Notes under the pieces: generated by a model | What the model saw: the letters and a program-made list of their open reading frames with translations, nothing else | The model's database searches: none | What the model was told of the DNA's origin: nothing | Program-made: the position numbers and the translations under genes | Shown: piece by piece, positions 23,031 through 36,033 of the stretch | Layout: every line of letters begins with the position of its first letter | Position numbering within the stretch: the first letter of the stretch is position 1 | NCBI GenBank assembly: GCA_028534125.1 | Contig: CM052818.1 | Location: forward strand, 6,946,001 to 7,010,000 | Direction of reading: 5' to 3' | From: Lama glama | Taxonomy: Eukaryota | DNA length: 64,000 bases

Positions 23031-25756
23031 AAGTGAAACAACAGCCCTGGTGACCTGGTTTGAGACGTAACACTGACGTCTTTGAACTAAGGATATAGGA
23101 TTCTTGAAAGTTTAAAGGGACAGCTCAACAGGTAGATAAATAGGTCTCCTGCTAATAAAGGTATATGGGAATTATTAATGGTAAAAATAAGAAATGTGAC
23201 TGTATTTGTACCAGAAGGAGTCACTATACATCACACTTGTATAGTGTTACCCTGGGTCTGTCCCCAGAGCGGGACACAGAACTCGGACAGCAGGCGTCCC
23301 AGCTAGCTGTCTCTCCTGGGCTGCCTGCCTTGTTATGCACTGTCTCCCAGAACTTCTTCAGCTCCACTTCCAGCCTGGTTGCTGGACCCTGTGATCCCAG
23401 GGCAGGGTGCACTGGACGGCACCCAGAAGGAGGAATCAGCCCCAGAAGCCATCACTATGTCTCCAACTAATGGAATCCTTTTCAAGGTAATGAAATTGCA
23501 GTTAATGCAGCTTGCTGACTAGTTCCTCTCAAACGGTGGCCTGGTCTGTTTGTGGCTTCTGGTCATACTCTTGGCAGGAAAGGACACTCCTCTGTAATCA
23601 GACAGTAGAGCCGAGGGGCCTCTTCTGAAACAGGAAGCAAAGTCTTCTTAAAGCGTTCATTTTATTTGCTGCACATTTTACCAGATTAAGCACTTAGGGT
23701 GGGGATTTTTAAAATATTTATTCTTTGGGCCAAAGGAGTATTTTAATAAAGTTAAGGTCTTTGTGTAAAGCTTCTCCAAAACTTGACTTATTAATTCCTA
23801 AAGAAGCAGCATTTGGTCCTCTATTACTGGGAGCCCCTCTTCCTGCAGGAGAAAACCAGGAGAGTGCCCACGACACAGGGGCCCCAGCCAACAACCTTTG
23901 CACTGAACCAGCCCACAAATGTGTTTCGTTGGGGACGTGTCACATAAAAACCCAGATTTCTTACTGCTTTTGAACAAATGAGCTTGGATCCTCAGAAGGC
24001 AATAAAGGGCAGCTGCAGCCCTCTGAGGGGCGCGGCGGGTGTCCTGTCCCACCGAAGCTGCCGATGCCCCTATTGTCTTATACCTGCCCAGGTGCATGAA
24101 CCTGCCTGGCCCCCTCAGGGATTTGCACTTGCTCCCCCTGGAGCTGCCCTGGAGGGGTGTGAGCCGTACACAGGCTTCTCTTAAACCACCCCCGCAGGCG
24201 GCAAGATCCCGAAAGACAAGAGGCACCATCATTTCATTTCCTGCTCTGTCACTAGTGCTAAGCATGGGTTCTCCAGAAAATGTTGAATAGAAGAATGACG
24301 GAGTAAGTGGGCAGACACCCCTTGTGTGCCTAGTGTTTGCCAGGTATGGTGCTAGGTGCCAAAGGGTCACAAAGGTGTTATAAGCCATGAATCAAGAAGT
24401 TTATAGCAAAGTGGTAAAAAGATTGTGTAGTGTGCATGTGTGTGTGTGTGTGGTATTTTAAACAATCACAATGCATAAACAATCAAGAGGACAACTTTGC
24501 CAGTCCCAGATGGAAACTCCAGCAGGGACGGACTGTCCTGCCACTCCAGGGAATTGGCAGCATTACAGTCGCTACCCCTTTAAGGCACAACCATGTCACC
24601 TGTGATTAGAATGTCCAGTCCGATATAATCAAAACTCTGAACTTGATTTGGCCTTACATTTTCTTCCATCTCCCTGGCTGCCTGAGAAGGGAGGTCAGGG
24701 GCTTTTTCTCCTTCCCCCTCCCCTTTCCCACTAGCAAGCCGACAGGGTCCCTGCCTACAGAGCGAAAGGGCAGAATCCAAGAAGATGCCCTTGTCTCCAG
24801 ACACTGGGTCCTCCAAAGGGCGGTGGGTAAAGATAACTCTTATGCTCGTGGGCACTCTGGGTAGTCCTCAGAGATTCCCCCAAAACCAGGGGCTTACCCG
24901 CAGTTGCCAGGATTCCATCACTGCAGATCATAGAATCTGGAGGGTCACCTCTCCCTTCCTTTCAGCAGCCCCCTACCATCCTGGCCATATTGCGTGGGTT
25001 TTAAGATGTCTCCTTAGCGACACTCCCCTTGCTCTGCCCTGGGTGGAGGGCAGTTCCTTTCCTGTCTCTGCCTGGCCCCAGGCAGCTTTCAGCTCTCTCA
25101 GGCAGGCAGGAATCTGGCCCTGGTCCTGAGAGGCTCCCAATTGCCAAGAGCCCACACAAGCTCTCAAGCAGCCACTGAAGCCCCTTCTCTCTGGGTTTGA
25201 AGGAAGTGACACCCCATTTAATCTCATCTTCCCGTCTCCAGGTTTCCAGCACAGCCCTCTCCCAGCAAGTCCCCAAAAGTCCTATTAACAATTTTATAGC
25301 CCCAAGGTAACCAGGGAAAGTCCAAAGGTCTTGAGATCTAAATTCTGCACTTAATGATCTCTCAAACTCACTATAAGGTCTGATATCTCTTTAACAAAAC
25401 TTGTAAAAACCAAAGCAGAAAGAGTCCCATTTAACATCCTGTTCTAATAAATAAAATAGCAGGTGCCCTTAGAGGGATATGGACAAACACTGCTATGGGA
25501 GTTTAAAGGAGCAGATTTCTTCCATGCAGGGGAAGAACCAAGAAAGACTGCCTGGAGGAAGCAGACATTGAACTGGGACTTGGGTAAATGAAGGTCAGAG
25601 ATGAGGGTATTCCCGGCGAGGAAACCAGCATAGAGAAGGCGTCCAGGCAGGAATTGTGCTACACCAATGGTATCTTAGGGACATTTCCACTGCCAGGAAC
25701 AGATACTCAAAGTACTCCAGAAAAAAAGATAGAGTTCCTATGAATCCCCCCAGAAC

Positions 25757-25940
25757 AGGGGTTCTCAGCATGAGATTCCCTAGACCAGCAGCACATCACC
25801 TGGAAACCTGTTAGAAACGCAAGTTCTCAGACCCCACTCAGAGCCTCTGAATCAGAAAAGTAACTGGGCGGCTGTCAGCAGCCTTTGTTTTCACACGCCC
25901 TCCAGGTGATTCTCATCCACCCGGGAGTTTGAGAACTTCT
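25757..25940 (+). mobile_element. MER5A-like hAT-Charlie element
   Basis: 'caggggttctcagc..gaccagcagcacatcacctggaaacctgttagaaacgcaa..ctccaggtgattct..gtttgagaac'. Confidence 0.8.
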
Positions 25941-26606
25941 CTCCTGGAGAATTTCTGGAAGGATATGCAAAGAACTGATAAGAGGGGTTAACATCCAAGG
26001 AAAACAATGAGGTACTGGAGCCAAAGGCAGGGGGTGAGGGAGATTTTTTTGATCGTGTACCTTGGGCATGTATCACCTATTCAAAAAATAATCAAATCAT
26101 AGTCAGATTCCCTTTCCTTCCCCCCATCTAATTCCCTCCTCTCCAGCTCCCCCTCCTCGTGCTCCCTTCCTCACTGCCCCCACCTGCCCCAGGCCCCAGG
26201 CAACCTGGCTTTCTTTTCTCCTCTCGCCTTGTTTCTCTTGCTTGGCATTTATTACTGCATCTTCTAAGCCTCCTGAGAGGAGTTGAGGGAAGGGGTAGAG
26301 AAACGGCTGGCAGTTGCAGAATTCCCTTTGGGGAGTCGGAGCAGAGCCGGAGATCGGTGCCTCCAACCACACTAATAATTTCCCTGAGTCCACCTACACT
26401 GAGGAATTAAGAGGAGGCCTGTCTCCATCCTCTCTCCAGTTGTCAAATAAGCCTTAGTGTCTGTCTCCTTTCCTTGGGCCTTTCTTTCTGTTCCACTCTG
26501 AGTCCCGACTCAGTCTTCAGAAGCCTGAACTCTCAGCCTAACTCCAGCCACATGGAAACCAGGAGAGGCTTGTGCAGTGTCTGGAAGATGTTTTGCAGCT
26601 GAAACA

Positions 26607-27051
26607 CGTCAACCAAGAAACGCAGAAGGCTGAGGATTAGACAAGAGCTTATCTGGGGGTCTTAGGAATTGCAGTTCAGGAGACACAGCTTCGGGTAAAA
26701 CCAAAAGAGTGTTCCAGGAAGGGAGAGAGTCAGGGGCTTACAGAGGTAAAAGCCAGAAGGTTAGGCCGTCTGGCAAGAACTAGGACTGACCGTGGTGATG
26801 AAGAACTAGAAGATCTTTGTCCTTAGGGGACAGGTTGTCATGGGTTATTTTAGGGTAAGGGTCCGATAAGTATCTGGAGTTTCTGGAACATTGGGCAGAT
26901 GTTCCAGATGCCTGTGCTAAGACAATAAGCAGTCAAAGTTCAGATTCCATCCAGGCTGAGGCGTGCGTAAGGCATACCTCCTCAGTGGCTCCCATGCTCC
27001 GATTAGAGAACCTCTTAGCAATGCTGACTCTATTTTGACTTTCCTTCCACA
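26607..27051 (-). mobile_element. ERV1-type solo LTR
   Basis: The minus strand starts TGTGGAAGGAAAGTCAAAATAGAGTC and ends ..GTTGACG (degenerate CA). 4-bp TSD aaca (26603-26606 / 27052-27055). Confidence 0.7.
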
Positions 27052-27846
27052 AACAGGAACCAGACGAACTTTCTAGCGGGTCACCCATACCCTAAAGATG
27101 GCCCCACGGAAATGGACAATGTTGCAAGAATATGTATCCAGGGAAGTAGGGCAAATGCCCATGGTGCCGAAACTCCTCAAAGGCGCAAACATACTTGCTG
27201 ACCCAGTGAGCGGCCCTCGACTTGTGGTTTGGGTCTGAGTTTACAGATAGCACCTCTACCCCTAGAACTCAGGATGTTTGATGCAGTGATATGCTAGCAA
27301 ATTAGCTTTCCCAAAAGTCCTGATACATGGTGTTTGCCAGTTCCCATCATGTCAATACTCAGGCATCAGCCAGTTTCAAGCTACTGACGTGAAGTCACTG
27401 ACCTGGCGTTGGGAAGAGATTCACGCAACGTGGGACCAGAGTTAGCGGGCTTGACAGAGAGAGACGCTGAACCGCATGCACCCGTGGGGGCCCAGAAATC
27501 AGCTGCTGGGCACCACTGACCTGGACAGTGCCAGGTGAGCATCCCTGAGGAGGAAGCCAACATCTCTGGGTCACCTCTCAGCCTTGCAAATGGCACACAG
27601 TAAGCCTCTTCCATTAGAGTCTTTGCCTAACATTTTTTAAATGTTGTATTCTTCAGGCCAGCTGATTTTATTGATTTTTTTCCTGAGATCTATAAAAGAA
27701 ATAAGCACTAATTATGGCTTTTCCCTCCTCCAGGATTAGTCATTCAGTGAAGGATCAGAAGAGGGGCTCACTCGTAGAAAGCTGAGTAACCATTACACAC
27801 ATCCTAAGATAAACCAACTAGATACACTGGTACCCATAACACTCTT

Positions 27847-28008
27847 TAAAAAACAAATTCTCTTCGTCCCTTTTATTTATTATTACTACTATTATTTTGG
27901 TGGGGGAGATAATTAGGTTTGTTTATTTTTAATGGAGGTACATAGGAATTGAATCCAGGACCTCAAGCATGCTAGGCTGGCACCGTACCAGTGAGCTATC
28001 CCCTCCCC
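27847..28008 (-). mobile_element. Camelid tRNA-derived SINE with unique 3' extension
   Basis: Antisense head. Exact 15-bp TSD acccataacactctt (27832-27846 / 28009-28023). Confidence 0.85.
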
Positions 28009-29019
28009 ACCCATAACACTCTTAACATCAGTGTTGGTAACAGCACTGCTCCTGGCCAAGCCCTGTTGTAAGTGTTTCATTCACATTGTCCCATCTGGTC
28101 TGCTCCACAGCTTCTTACTGTGGGAAGTAGGTACTTGTAGCTCATCAGTGATTATAACCCATGTTGTAACTTTATGCTCCCCTAAAAAAGAAAAAAAAAG
28201 CCAATTAATTGACACAAGAGTTTCTTAGTACTTACAATTTTTATTTTGTACTTATTGACAGGGTTCTCTTCGATTGCTTTAAAGATGGTTGCCATACATC
28301 ACTCCTGTGCATAGATAAAAAGGAAAAGATGAGTAATAAATTGGTTAGGGTATCCCCCAGCTTCCTCACATCTGCAGTCCCGCTTCCCATCACCCCGGGA
28401 CTCAGAGTCATGGTGGCCTGCGTTTTCCCCACATTCTTGTCCAGTGAACCCAGAGCGCCGCTGACGCAGGTCACCCAGCATTGCTACAAGGACGCTCCGC
28501 TGCTGTCTCTGGGGTTTTCTCCCTGGCGCCGACAGCCCGGCGGCAAGCTGTGATGTCCGGGCAGTGACGTGTGTGTCCCGGGTGCAGCCTGGCCGACAAA
28601 CAGGTTAAGACACGTCCTGATTTCAGAGATGGTGAGATGTTCACAGAGAGCTGTTTCGTAGAGTCCTTGAAAGCCAGCAGCACCCTTACGTGATTCCCAT
28701 CTTAGAGATGAGGTGTAGGAAGGTTTGGTGACTTGCCCGGGATCACATAGCTAAGAAGTGGCAGGACCAGGATTTGGATTCCATCCACTTGGCTCCCGCT
28801 GCCCCTCTGCCGCAGTGTCGTGGGTCAGGAGGTGTCTCCGGGCCAGTTCCTAATGGAGGGAACGGAAGAAGGACCACAGAGGCTCTCCTGCTGGGGTAAC
28901 ACAGAGAGAATCTATGTGTTTCACCACCAGGAGCAGGGGCAAAGGATGGCTATCTTCATGGTGAAAGGATGGATAAACCACAGTGAGGTGCCTCTTCTCT
29001 CCTTTAGGAGAGCTGTACT

Positions 29020-29852
29020 AACAGCCAACAGATGATAACAAGTGGGAGGACGTGGGGAAATCAGAAACCTCATACACTGCTTTTGGGAATATAAAATGTG
29101 CCGCTGCTGTGGAAAAACAGCCAGGCAGCTTCTCAAAAGGTTAAACATAGATTTACCATATGACCGAGCAATTCCACTCTGAGGTACAGACCTGAGAGAA
29201 TTGGAAACACAGGTTCACACAAAAACTTGTACATGAATGTTCACCGCAGCCTTGTTCATTACAGTTAAAAAGTAGAAACAACCCAAATGTTCATCAGCAG
29301 ATGAATGGATAACCCAAAGTGCAACATCCAAGCAACAGAATGTTATTTAGCCATACACAGGATTGAAGTCCTGATACCTATTACAACACAGATGAACCTT
29401 GAAAATATTCTAAGAAAAGCCAGTCACAAAAGCTTACTGTCTGATTCCATCTACACGCAATGCCCAGAACAGGCAAATCTATAGAGGTAGAAAGTAGATT
29501 AGTGGTTGCCAGGGGCTGGACGGGTGGGAATGAGGACTGACTGCCAACAGGTATGGGGTTTCTTCTGGAGGTGATAAAAATATCCTAGAGTTAAGGGGGA
29601 GGGTGTAGCTCAAATGATAGAATGCATGCTTAGCAAACACAAGGTCCTGGGTTCAATCCCTAGTACCTCCTCCAAAAGTAAATAAGTTTAAAAAGACCTA
29701 ATTACCTCCCCCGCCCACCAAAAATATAAATAAAAAATTTTTTTAAAGTCCTGGAGATGGTTTTACAAACCTATGACTATGCTAAAAACCACTGGATTGT
29801 ACACTTTAAGGTAGTAATTTTACATTATGAGAATTATATCACAATAAAAAAA
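29020..29852 (+). mobile_element. LINE-1 3' fragment (L1MB-like), interrupted by a SINE
   Basis: 'ttaccatatgaccgagcaattccactc..gaaagtagattagtggttgccagggg..gaattatatcacaataaa'. Confidence 0.85.
29595..29747 (+). mobile_element. Camelid tRNA-derived SINE (nested in L1)
   Basis: Head, 'cctaattacctcccc' body, AATAAA, T7 run (29738-29744) and a short A tail. Confidence 0.85.
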
Positions 29853-32419
29853 ATTGTTTCAATAAAAGAACCAATTTACTTCTCCACCTACACTCCTGTG
29901 GAATAATAAAAATGTAACTGATTGCCCATCAAATGGAAAACACTGATGTGGACAAGACCCCTCTGGCAGGGGCGGTACAAAGGCTGAGCTTTTAAAATTC
30001 ACACTCTGTGATCTACACGGACCTTATGAAAGTGGTGTGTGTTTCCATTTCCTTACCTCCAGTCACTTGCCATATTTTGATAATGCTCTAAATTACAGGA
30101 CCCAGAACTGGTCTTTAATTACAGAGTGCTTTAATAGGGCTTGCTGGCAAATACCATAGAATTAAGGGAGCCACTAATGAAATACAGCATCGTTTTATCT
30201 GTTCTCCAGTAGCAGCATTTAAAACGCAATTAGTACCATGCAAGATATTTATTTAGAATTTTATCTCATTTATTCATTCCATCTCCAAATAAGTGTTGTA
30301 CTGGAAGCCGCTTTTTACTCCTTCACGCAAGTATTTTCTCAGTTTCAAGCCACTCTTTTCTTCTCTCTTAGACTCCAAGGAGCCAGAAGGTCGGTAGCCT
30401 TGGGCTGATTAAGGGAAGCAAATACTTTAAAGATTTTCACCCGTCCCGCCCCCTGCTCTTCCCTGGCATGGATGGAAGGAGGAATGGACATAAGGAATCA
30501 AGTTAACACACTTGCTGGGTGCCCAACCATCACCTCCAGAAAAGCAGCACGTTTCCTGGGCACCGCATGGCAAGACCTGCCCGGCCTGCTCCCGCCCCTC
30601 CGTCCCAGCTCCGGGCACACTTCCTCTGATGACCATTCCCCACTCTCCACTCTCGGAGGGGGCCAGGCACTTCCTCACCTCTCACTGTGCCTCAAATGCC
30701 CACAATAGTGTCGTGTCCTCTAATCACTCAACCCACCTTCCTACCCCAAAAGAATCCCTTCCCTCTGGGAACCCGTAGTCTGTACTCAGTTAACAGCACA
30801 GACTCAGTGGCTTTGGTCCACTGCTCAGCAGTCAGCAGCGTGTGGGTCTTCCCCTCCACAGTGGGACCCTTGAGGACGGAGGGATGATTTCATCTTTGTT
30901 TGCCCCAGCGCCACAGGCTACCGCATAACACACGCAGGAAGTGCCCAACGCATGTTTGCTTCATGAAATCATTTTAAGTCTTTCCTACGCAAAGGAGGCC
31001 TCAATCAATCAGTGTCTCTTAAACCTCTCGTCCTCCTGAAGACACTGGGTTGATCTGGCTGTGGCCTGTGGCCAGGCTGCTTCGGAACAAGTTTCACAAA
31101 TGCCCAACTGTCTAAGTGAGGGGCCATTTTTATGGAAACCCATGAAGAATTGAGTTTCATACCAGCCATGACTTGGCAGAACAACAAAACCACTCTTAGA
31201 CTTGGGAGACTAAGAGGCAGAAACGTCCCTGAGAAATGAAAACTTCTTCCCTGCTCCCCAAAATTAGTAGGAATGGGGTGGGGGCTTTGGATAACCATTG
31301 GCATTGGAATCTATGTGTCTGGGTGTGTTTGGTGTGTTTGGGGGCGGGGGTTGGGTATCAAAGTGATTTCATATAGAAAACTTACTAACTTCTGCCAAAC
31401 TTACCTAGCTTCCCTAAAATCTCCCGGATCTGCTCCCCTCTCTCCTTCTCCATAACCTCTCACCAGAACAGTCCAGCATCACCCCTCTAACCATAACCAC
31501 TCCAGCTCCCCACTAACCCACTTCTACCCTACAGCCAGATTTCAGGGTGATCATATTATGCAAATCTGATCATGTCACCCTCTCCCGGATTCTCCCTGCT
31601 TATACCTTATAATGACTTCCCACTGTTCTCGAGATAAAGAAACAAAGGAAGTTTTTGGTCCTGAGGGTCTGAAAGCCCTACCAAAACAGATTTAGAATAC
31701 AAGGCAATTCACTAGCTTATTATCAGGTAACTGGAGTAGAGTAAGCTTCAGGCATTGCAGGATCAGGACTCTAGCGCCACATTCTGCTATTCTCTCAGCT
31801 CTGTCTTCCTCCCTAGGTGTGAGCTTTATCCACAGCCCCACTTTCTTTTGATCAGCATCAAGTAGAGCACCTCCAGGAAAGAAAAAAAAAAAAAAAAAGA
31901 ACATCTTGCCCAGCCATGAAATAAAATTCCTTCCTTTCAGCCCAGGTGAGCCAAATGAGTCCATGTCCCCATTCCCAACCAAAAAGCTCCTATCCACTGA
32001 GTCCTTCCTATCCTGCTCCTGGTGGGAAATGAAAAACACATTTCCAAATGTGCACAGAAACATTGAAAGGATGCTAAAAGATACAACTGGCATTAAATCT
32101 AGAGAGTTTTACTTTGTTGATGCTGAACTGTGAAAAATAGGAAGGAACTAACTATCAATTTTAAAGTTCTCCACCCCTTGATGAAGGACCTGAGACCAGA
32201 GGTCCCCAGGGCCTTGATCTCATGGTAATGAGTGGTAAGAGCAGGGGGGCTGGAGCCTGGAGGAGGGAGGGAGGAGGACAGGGGACCAGGGGCTGCTGGC
32301 TTCATAAGAGATGGATCCTGAATGGGTGAGATGGAAAAGATAGGAACATGCTGCTGTAGCATCTTGTGCACCCTGGGTGGGAATCTCAATCGGCTTAGTT
32401 TCTTTCTGAAAATGAACTT

Positions 32420-32951
32420 AGCCGACAAAAGAATTGAAATCAGGAACTCCAACAGCTCCCTGTACACCAAAGTTCATGGCAACATTATTCACAGTAGCCA
32501 AAAGGTGGAAACAAACCAAATGTCCATTGATGGATGAATGGACTAAAGAAAATGTGTATCTACATACAACAGAATATTATTCAGCCTTAAAAAGGAATGG
32601 AATTCTGACACACGCTTCAGCATGGATGAACCTTAAAGATAGGAAATAAGCTGGACGCAAAAGAACAAATATGTACGATTCCAATTATACAAGGTTCCTA
32701 GAACAGCCAAACTCACAGAGACAGAAAAGTAGAGTAGTGGTTGCCAGGGGCTGGGGGTGGGGGGCAGGTACCGAACCCACAGTTTCCTGCAGACTTTCAG
32801 AATCTGGGGTAATGAAGCAGCTCTGAAGGTGAATGGTGGTGATAGCGCCAAAATAATGTGAATGTATTTAATGTCACTGAGTTGCACGGTTAAAATACAG
32901 CTTAAATGGTAAAGTTTATGTTATATATATTTTACCAAAATTAAAAAAAAA
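32420..32951 (+). mobile_element. LINE-1 3' fragment (L1MB-like)
   Basis: ORF2-like [31 protein letters not shown], followed by the 3'UTR and an A-tail. Confidence 0.85.
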
Positions 32952-33119
32952 TGACTTAGTTCACCTTTTGAGGCATTGAGGGCACAGCAAAGGGGTGACA
33001 GGAGATTCTCAAAGAACGACTGCTGGCTGCTTGTTCTATCCAGATAAAAGACACACTTTTAGTGATACACTCTAGTTTTGGTTCCTTGACGATGATTGTG
33101 ATGACGAAGTTGATGACAA

Positions 33120-33345
33120 GACTCACGCCTCGCACGGAGGCAGCCCCGAGGCCGCCGCGCGCGACAGCGGCTCCTCCCATCCCCCGCTAGGCTGGCCCCC
33201 CGCACACCCAGGCCCTCGGAATCGCGGGACGGGGCAGGCTTTGTGAGATGGGCGTGTTCCTACTTCTGTTCTCCGCAGGGAGGAGGCTGCGGGGGGCGAG
33301 GGACGCGGCAGAGGCGGTGGGGGGAATTTCCTTCTGCCAGGCAGG
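33120..33345. promoter_or_regulatory. Small CpG island with a consensus NF-kB site
   Basis: CpG-dense. GGGAATTTCC at 33322-33331. Minus-strand donor GGC|GTGAGT at 33127/33126. Confidence 0.55.
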
Positions 33346-33699
33346 AAAACCGTGTGAGGAAACAGAGCCATCCCTACCCTTTGAAAGGAAAATGTCTCTT
33401 TCAGACCTCGTTTTAGAGAGGCTCCTCCCCGCCGTCTTACCAGAGGGAGGATGGAACAGCTGTCACCAGTTGGGTCTGACTCATTCGTTGATCATCTCTC
33501 CCCACCCCTCTCCCTAACCCCCTCCCTCCAAACCCACCCACCCCGAAAATGCCTGAGCACAGTCGTCTATTTTAAGAACTGAATTCCCTGTCGGCATGGC
33601 AACTTCGGCTCTACCTCTTGTCATTGCTGCCTGGATGGAAGAAAAGCCACCTTTCACCAGGACTCCAGCAGCCGGCGGAGATGGTCCACTGATCAGACA

Positions 33700-33862
33700 C
33701 GGCCACAGGGTGGACATCCAGTCTCTGTCCATGCTCTGCTTCGTGTGTTTGCTTGTTTTACAGCCCTTGAATAACGTAAAAAAACATTCTTAGCTGACTG
33801 GCCAGACAAAAACAAGCCCTGGGCCAGAACTGGCCCAAGGACCATAGTTTACCCAACCCTTG
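33700..33862. mobile_element. MER58-like hAT element
   Basis: 'aaaaacattcttagct..aaaaacaagcc.tgggccagaactggcccaaggaccatagtttacc.aaccc'. Confidence 0.6.
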
Positions 33863-35439
33863 TCTGGGACAAAAGCAGTAGGTGATCACGCTGGCTGGGT
33901 TTCTCAGAGAGGAAGTTTGAAAGGCTGTGAAGGGTAAGAAGACTGCTGGGGAAAAGATGGGAAGAGGACCGAGGAAGGATCGTGTGATTAATTGATTTTT
34001 AAAAATATCCCCTAAGGAAAAAAAAAAAAACTAAGAAAAAAATTTTAATTAAAAGAATAGAAAAGAAATCTCCTAAATATCTATATTTTATTATCCTTTA
34101 AAGGTTTATTTATATTCTTCTTGTGCTTCAAAGCTAAAGTCTTCAGCTATACCATCTTCCATGCCCTTAATAAGGACTGAGGTTTTACAACCTCTGAGTT
34201 CCTTTTGTAGAAAACGGTATTTATTTCATAACCTCTTATTCTCCACAAAGACCAGATTTTCCCCCAAAATGTTGAAAGAAGAACGTGTGGAATGTTCCTT
34301 TCTTCTTCGTTTGAAATTTTTTTAGAAAAAAAATTTTAAAGTTTTTAAATTTAAAATTATTACACAAAAGTAATAAGAATAATATAATAAAATAAATCCC
34401 CATGTACCTGACATTACCGGTTTATTTTTAAAGGGCATTTTGGTGGACATTAATGAAACGGTTTCTACTTTCCTGAAACATGGATGGAAAGGGGAAAACA
34501 ATATCTTTGCAAATAGTATTTCAATAGACTCCAGTTCTAGGGCACGTCTGACAGTGACTATTGGTGGGGAGAGGGGAAGAAACATCTGTAGGAAAGAAAA
34601 GGGGATCAGTCTTTGATGGTTACCATGGAAACCCCCCTAGGTAAGATGGTTGAGTTTGCTTACGGGGCAATGAGGTTCCTGCTAATGGACTGTGGGTCAG
34701 AACAGTAGGAGAGCCCTTAGGCAGGTCCCCAAGGATACCTTTCTGCCTCTGAAACTCCCTTCCAACCTCCAATACTGTTCAGTTTGAGGATATTCTCATC
34801 CTGAATTTCTAGGGTTTGATTAAAAGAAAGACACCTGGGTGTTTCATTCCTGTATTTTAGGGTTTCATTTTGTATCGAGCAAGCCAGGGTCAAAGCGTTC
34901 ATCTGCACACTCACTTTGAGGTGTTGGGGGATTTTACAGTAGCTCACTGAAGTCCTGTTTATAATAGGAGGATCCCTATGCCCCTGAAAAAAAGCCCTCT
35001 AAGGGCTGGTGAAGGTGTTGGAGTACCGATGCCCACCTTAGAACGCGGAAAGTACGACCATGTACTTCGCGTAGCAAAGAATCCACCCTAAGCCGATGAG
35101 ATTCAGAAGGTCCAGACTCCCTTTCCCCCTCCTGAAGGAATCTGCCAACAAAGAATGTCCCTCAATCGCCGACATCCAGAGCTGCTTTAGCCATCAGATA
35201 ATTTGCTGTGAGGCGTGTCAGTAAGAAGTGAAACTTTGGCATCCCACTCCTTGGACTTGGATCCAATCCGCACCACATAACATTTCTACAGTGGCACATA
35301 CTCTCTGCCACCTACAAATGGCTTTGTTGGGGGGCAGGAAGCCACAAGATGCCTAGCGCTCAGAAAGGGCTGAGAAAGAGGCAGAAGCGGGCTGGAATTA
35401 GTCACCAAGGGGTAAACGTGCCCAGAGTTACAGACAGAA

Positions 35440-35720
35440 GGCCGCGGAGGACCGAGGTAGATCCTCAGTGATGGGGTCCCAGAGCTGCCGCCACCAGACT
35501 AGAGGTCTAACCCTAGTGCGCGTCCTGCAGCTCCGGAGGGAAAATGCTGCTCAGACGAGGCACGACCTGCAGGGGGCGCGCGGGACCGGGGATCTCGCGA
35601 ACCTGGGGCTGCGGGAGGGAAAGAGGCGGGAGGGTTGGCTCAATACCTGCTTTCCTCTTGGGGTGTTACTGGAAAACAGCAATGACAGGTATCTTCTGGG
35701 CAACTGCTTACCTGTCCGTA
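35440..35720. promoter_or_regulatory. CpG-rich regulatory element with a minus-strand splice donor
   Basis: CpG cluster at 35515-35630. CAG|GTAAGC on the minus strand at 35712/35711. Confidence 0.45.
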
Positions 35721-36033
35721 TCGCCCACAAAATCAGAAATCCCTTGAGGTCAATGACTGTGTTTTCATTCCCTTGCTCCCCCAACTGCACATGAGTCCTT
35801 TGTCCCCATCCTAAGTTTGCTGAGGGTCAAAGGATGGCTTTCTCACCCTGGAAGGTGGGAGGGGAGGCCAGGAGGAGGGACGCTCAGGGCTGTAGGGAGC
35901 GTTGAGGCAGCTGTCTGAGAGACACACTGTCACCAAAGTGGATCCCAACCGTTGGTGAAGAAGGGGAGCTTAGACACTTGAAAACTTTGGGTGAAGCCCA
36001 AGGAGCAATCTACAGTTTGGTTAAGAAATAAGG

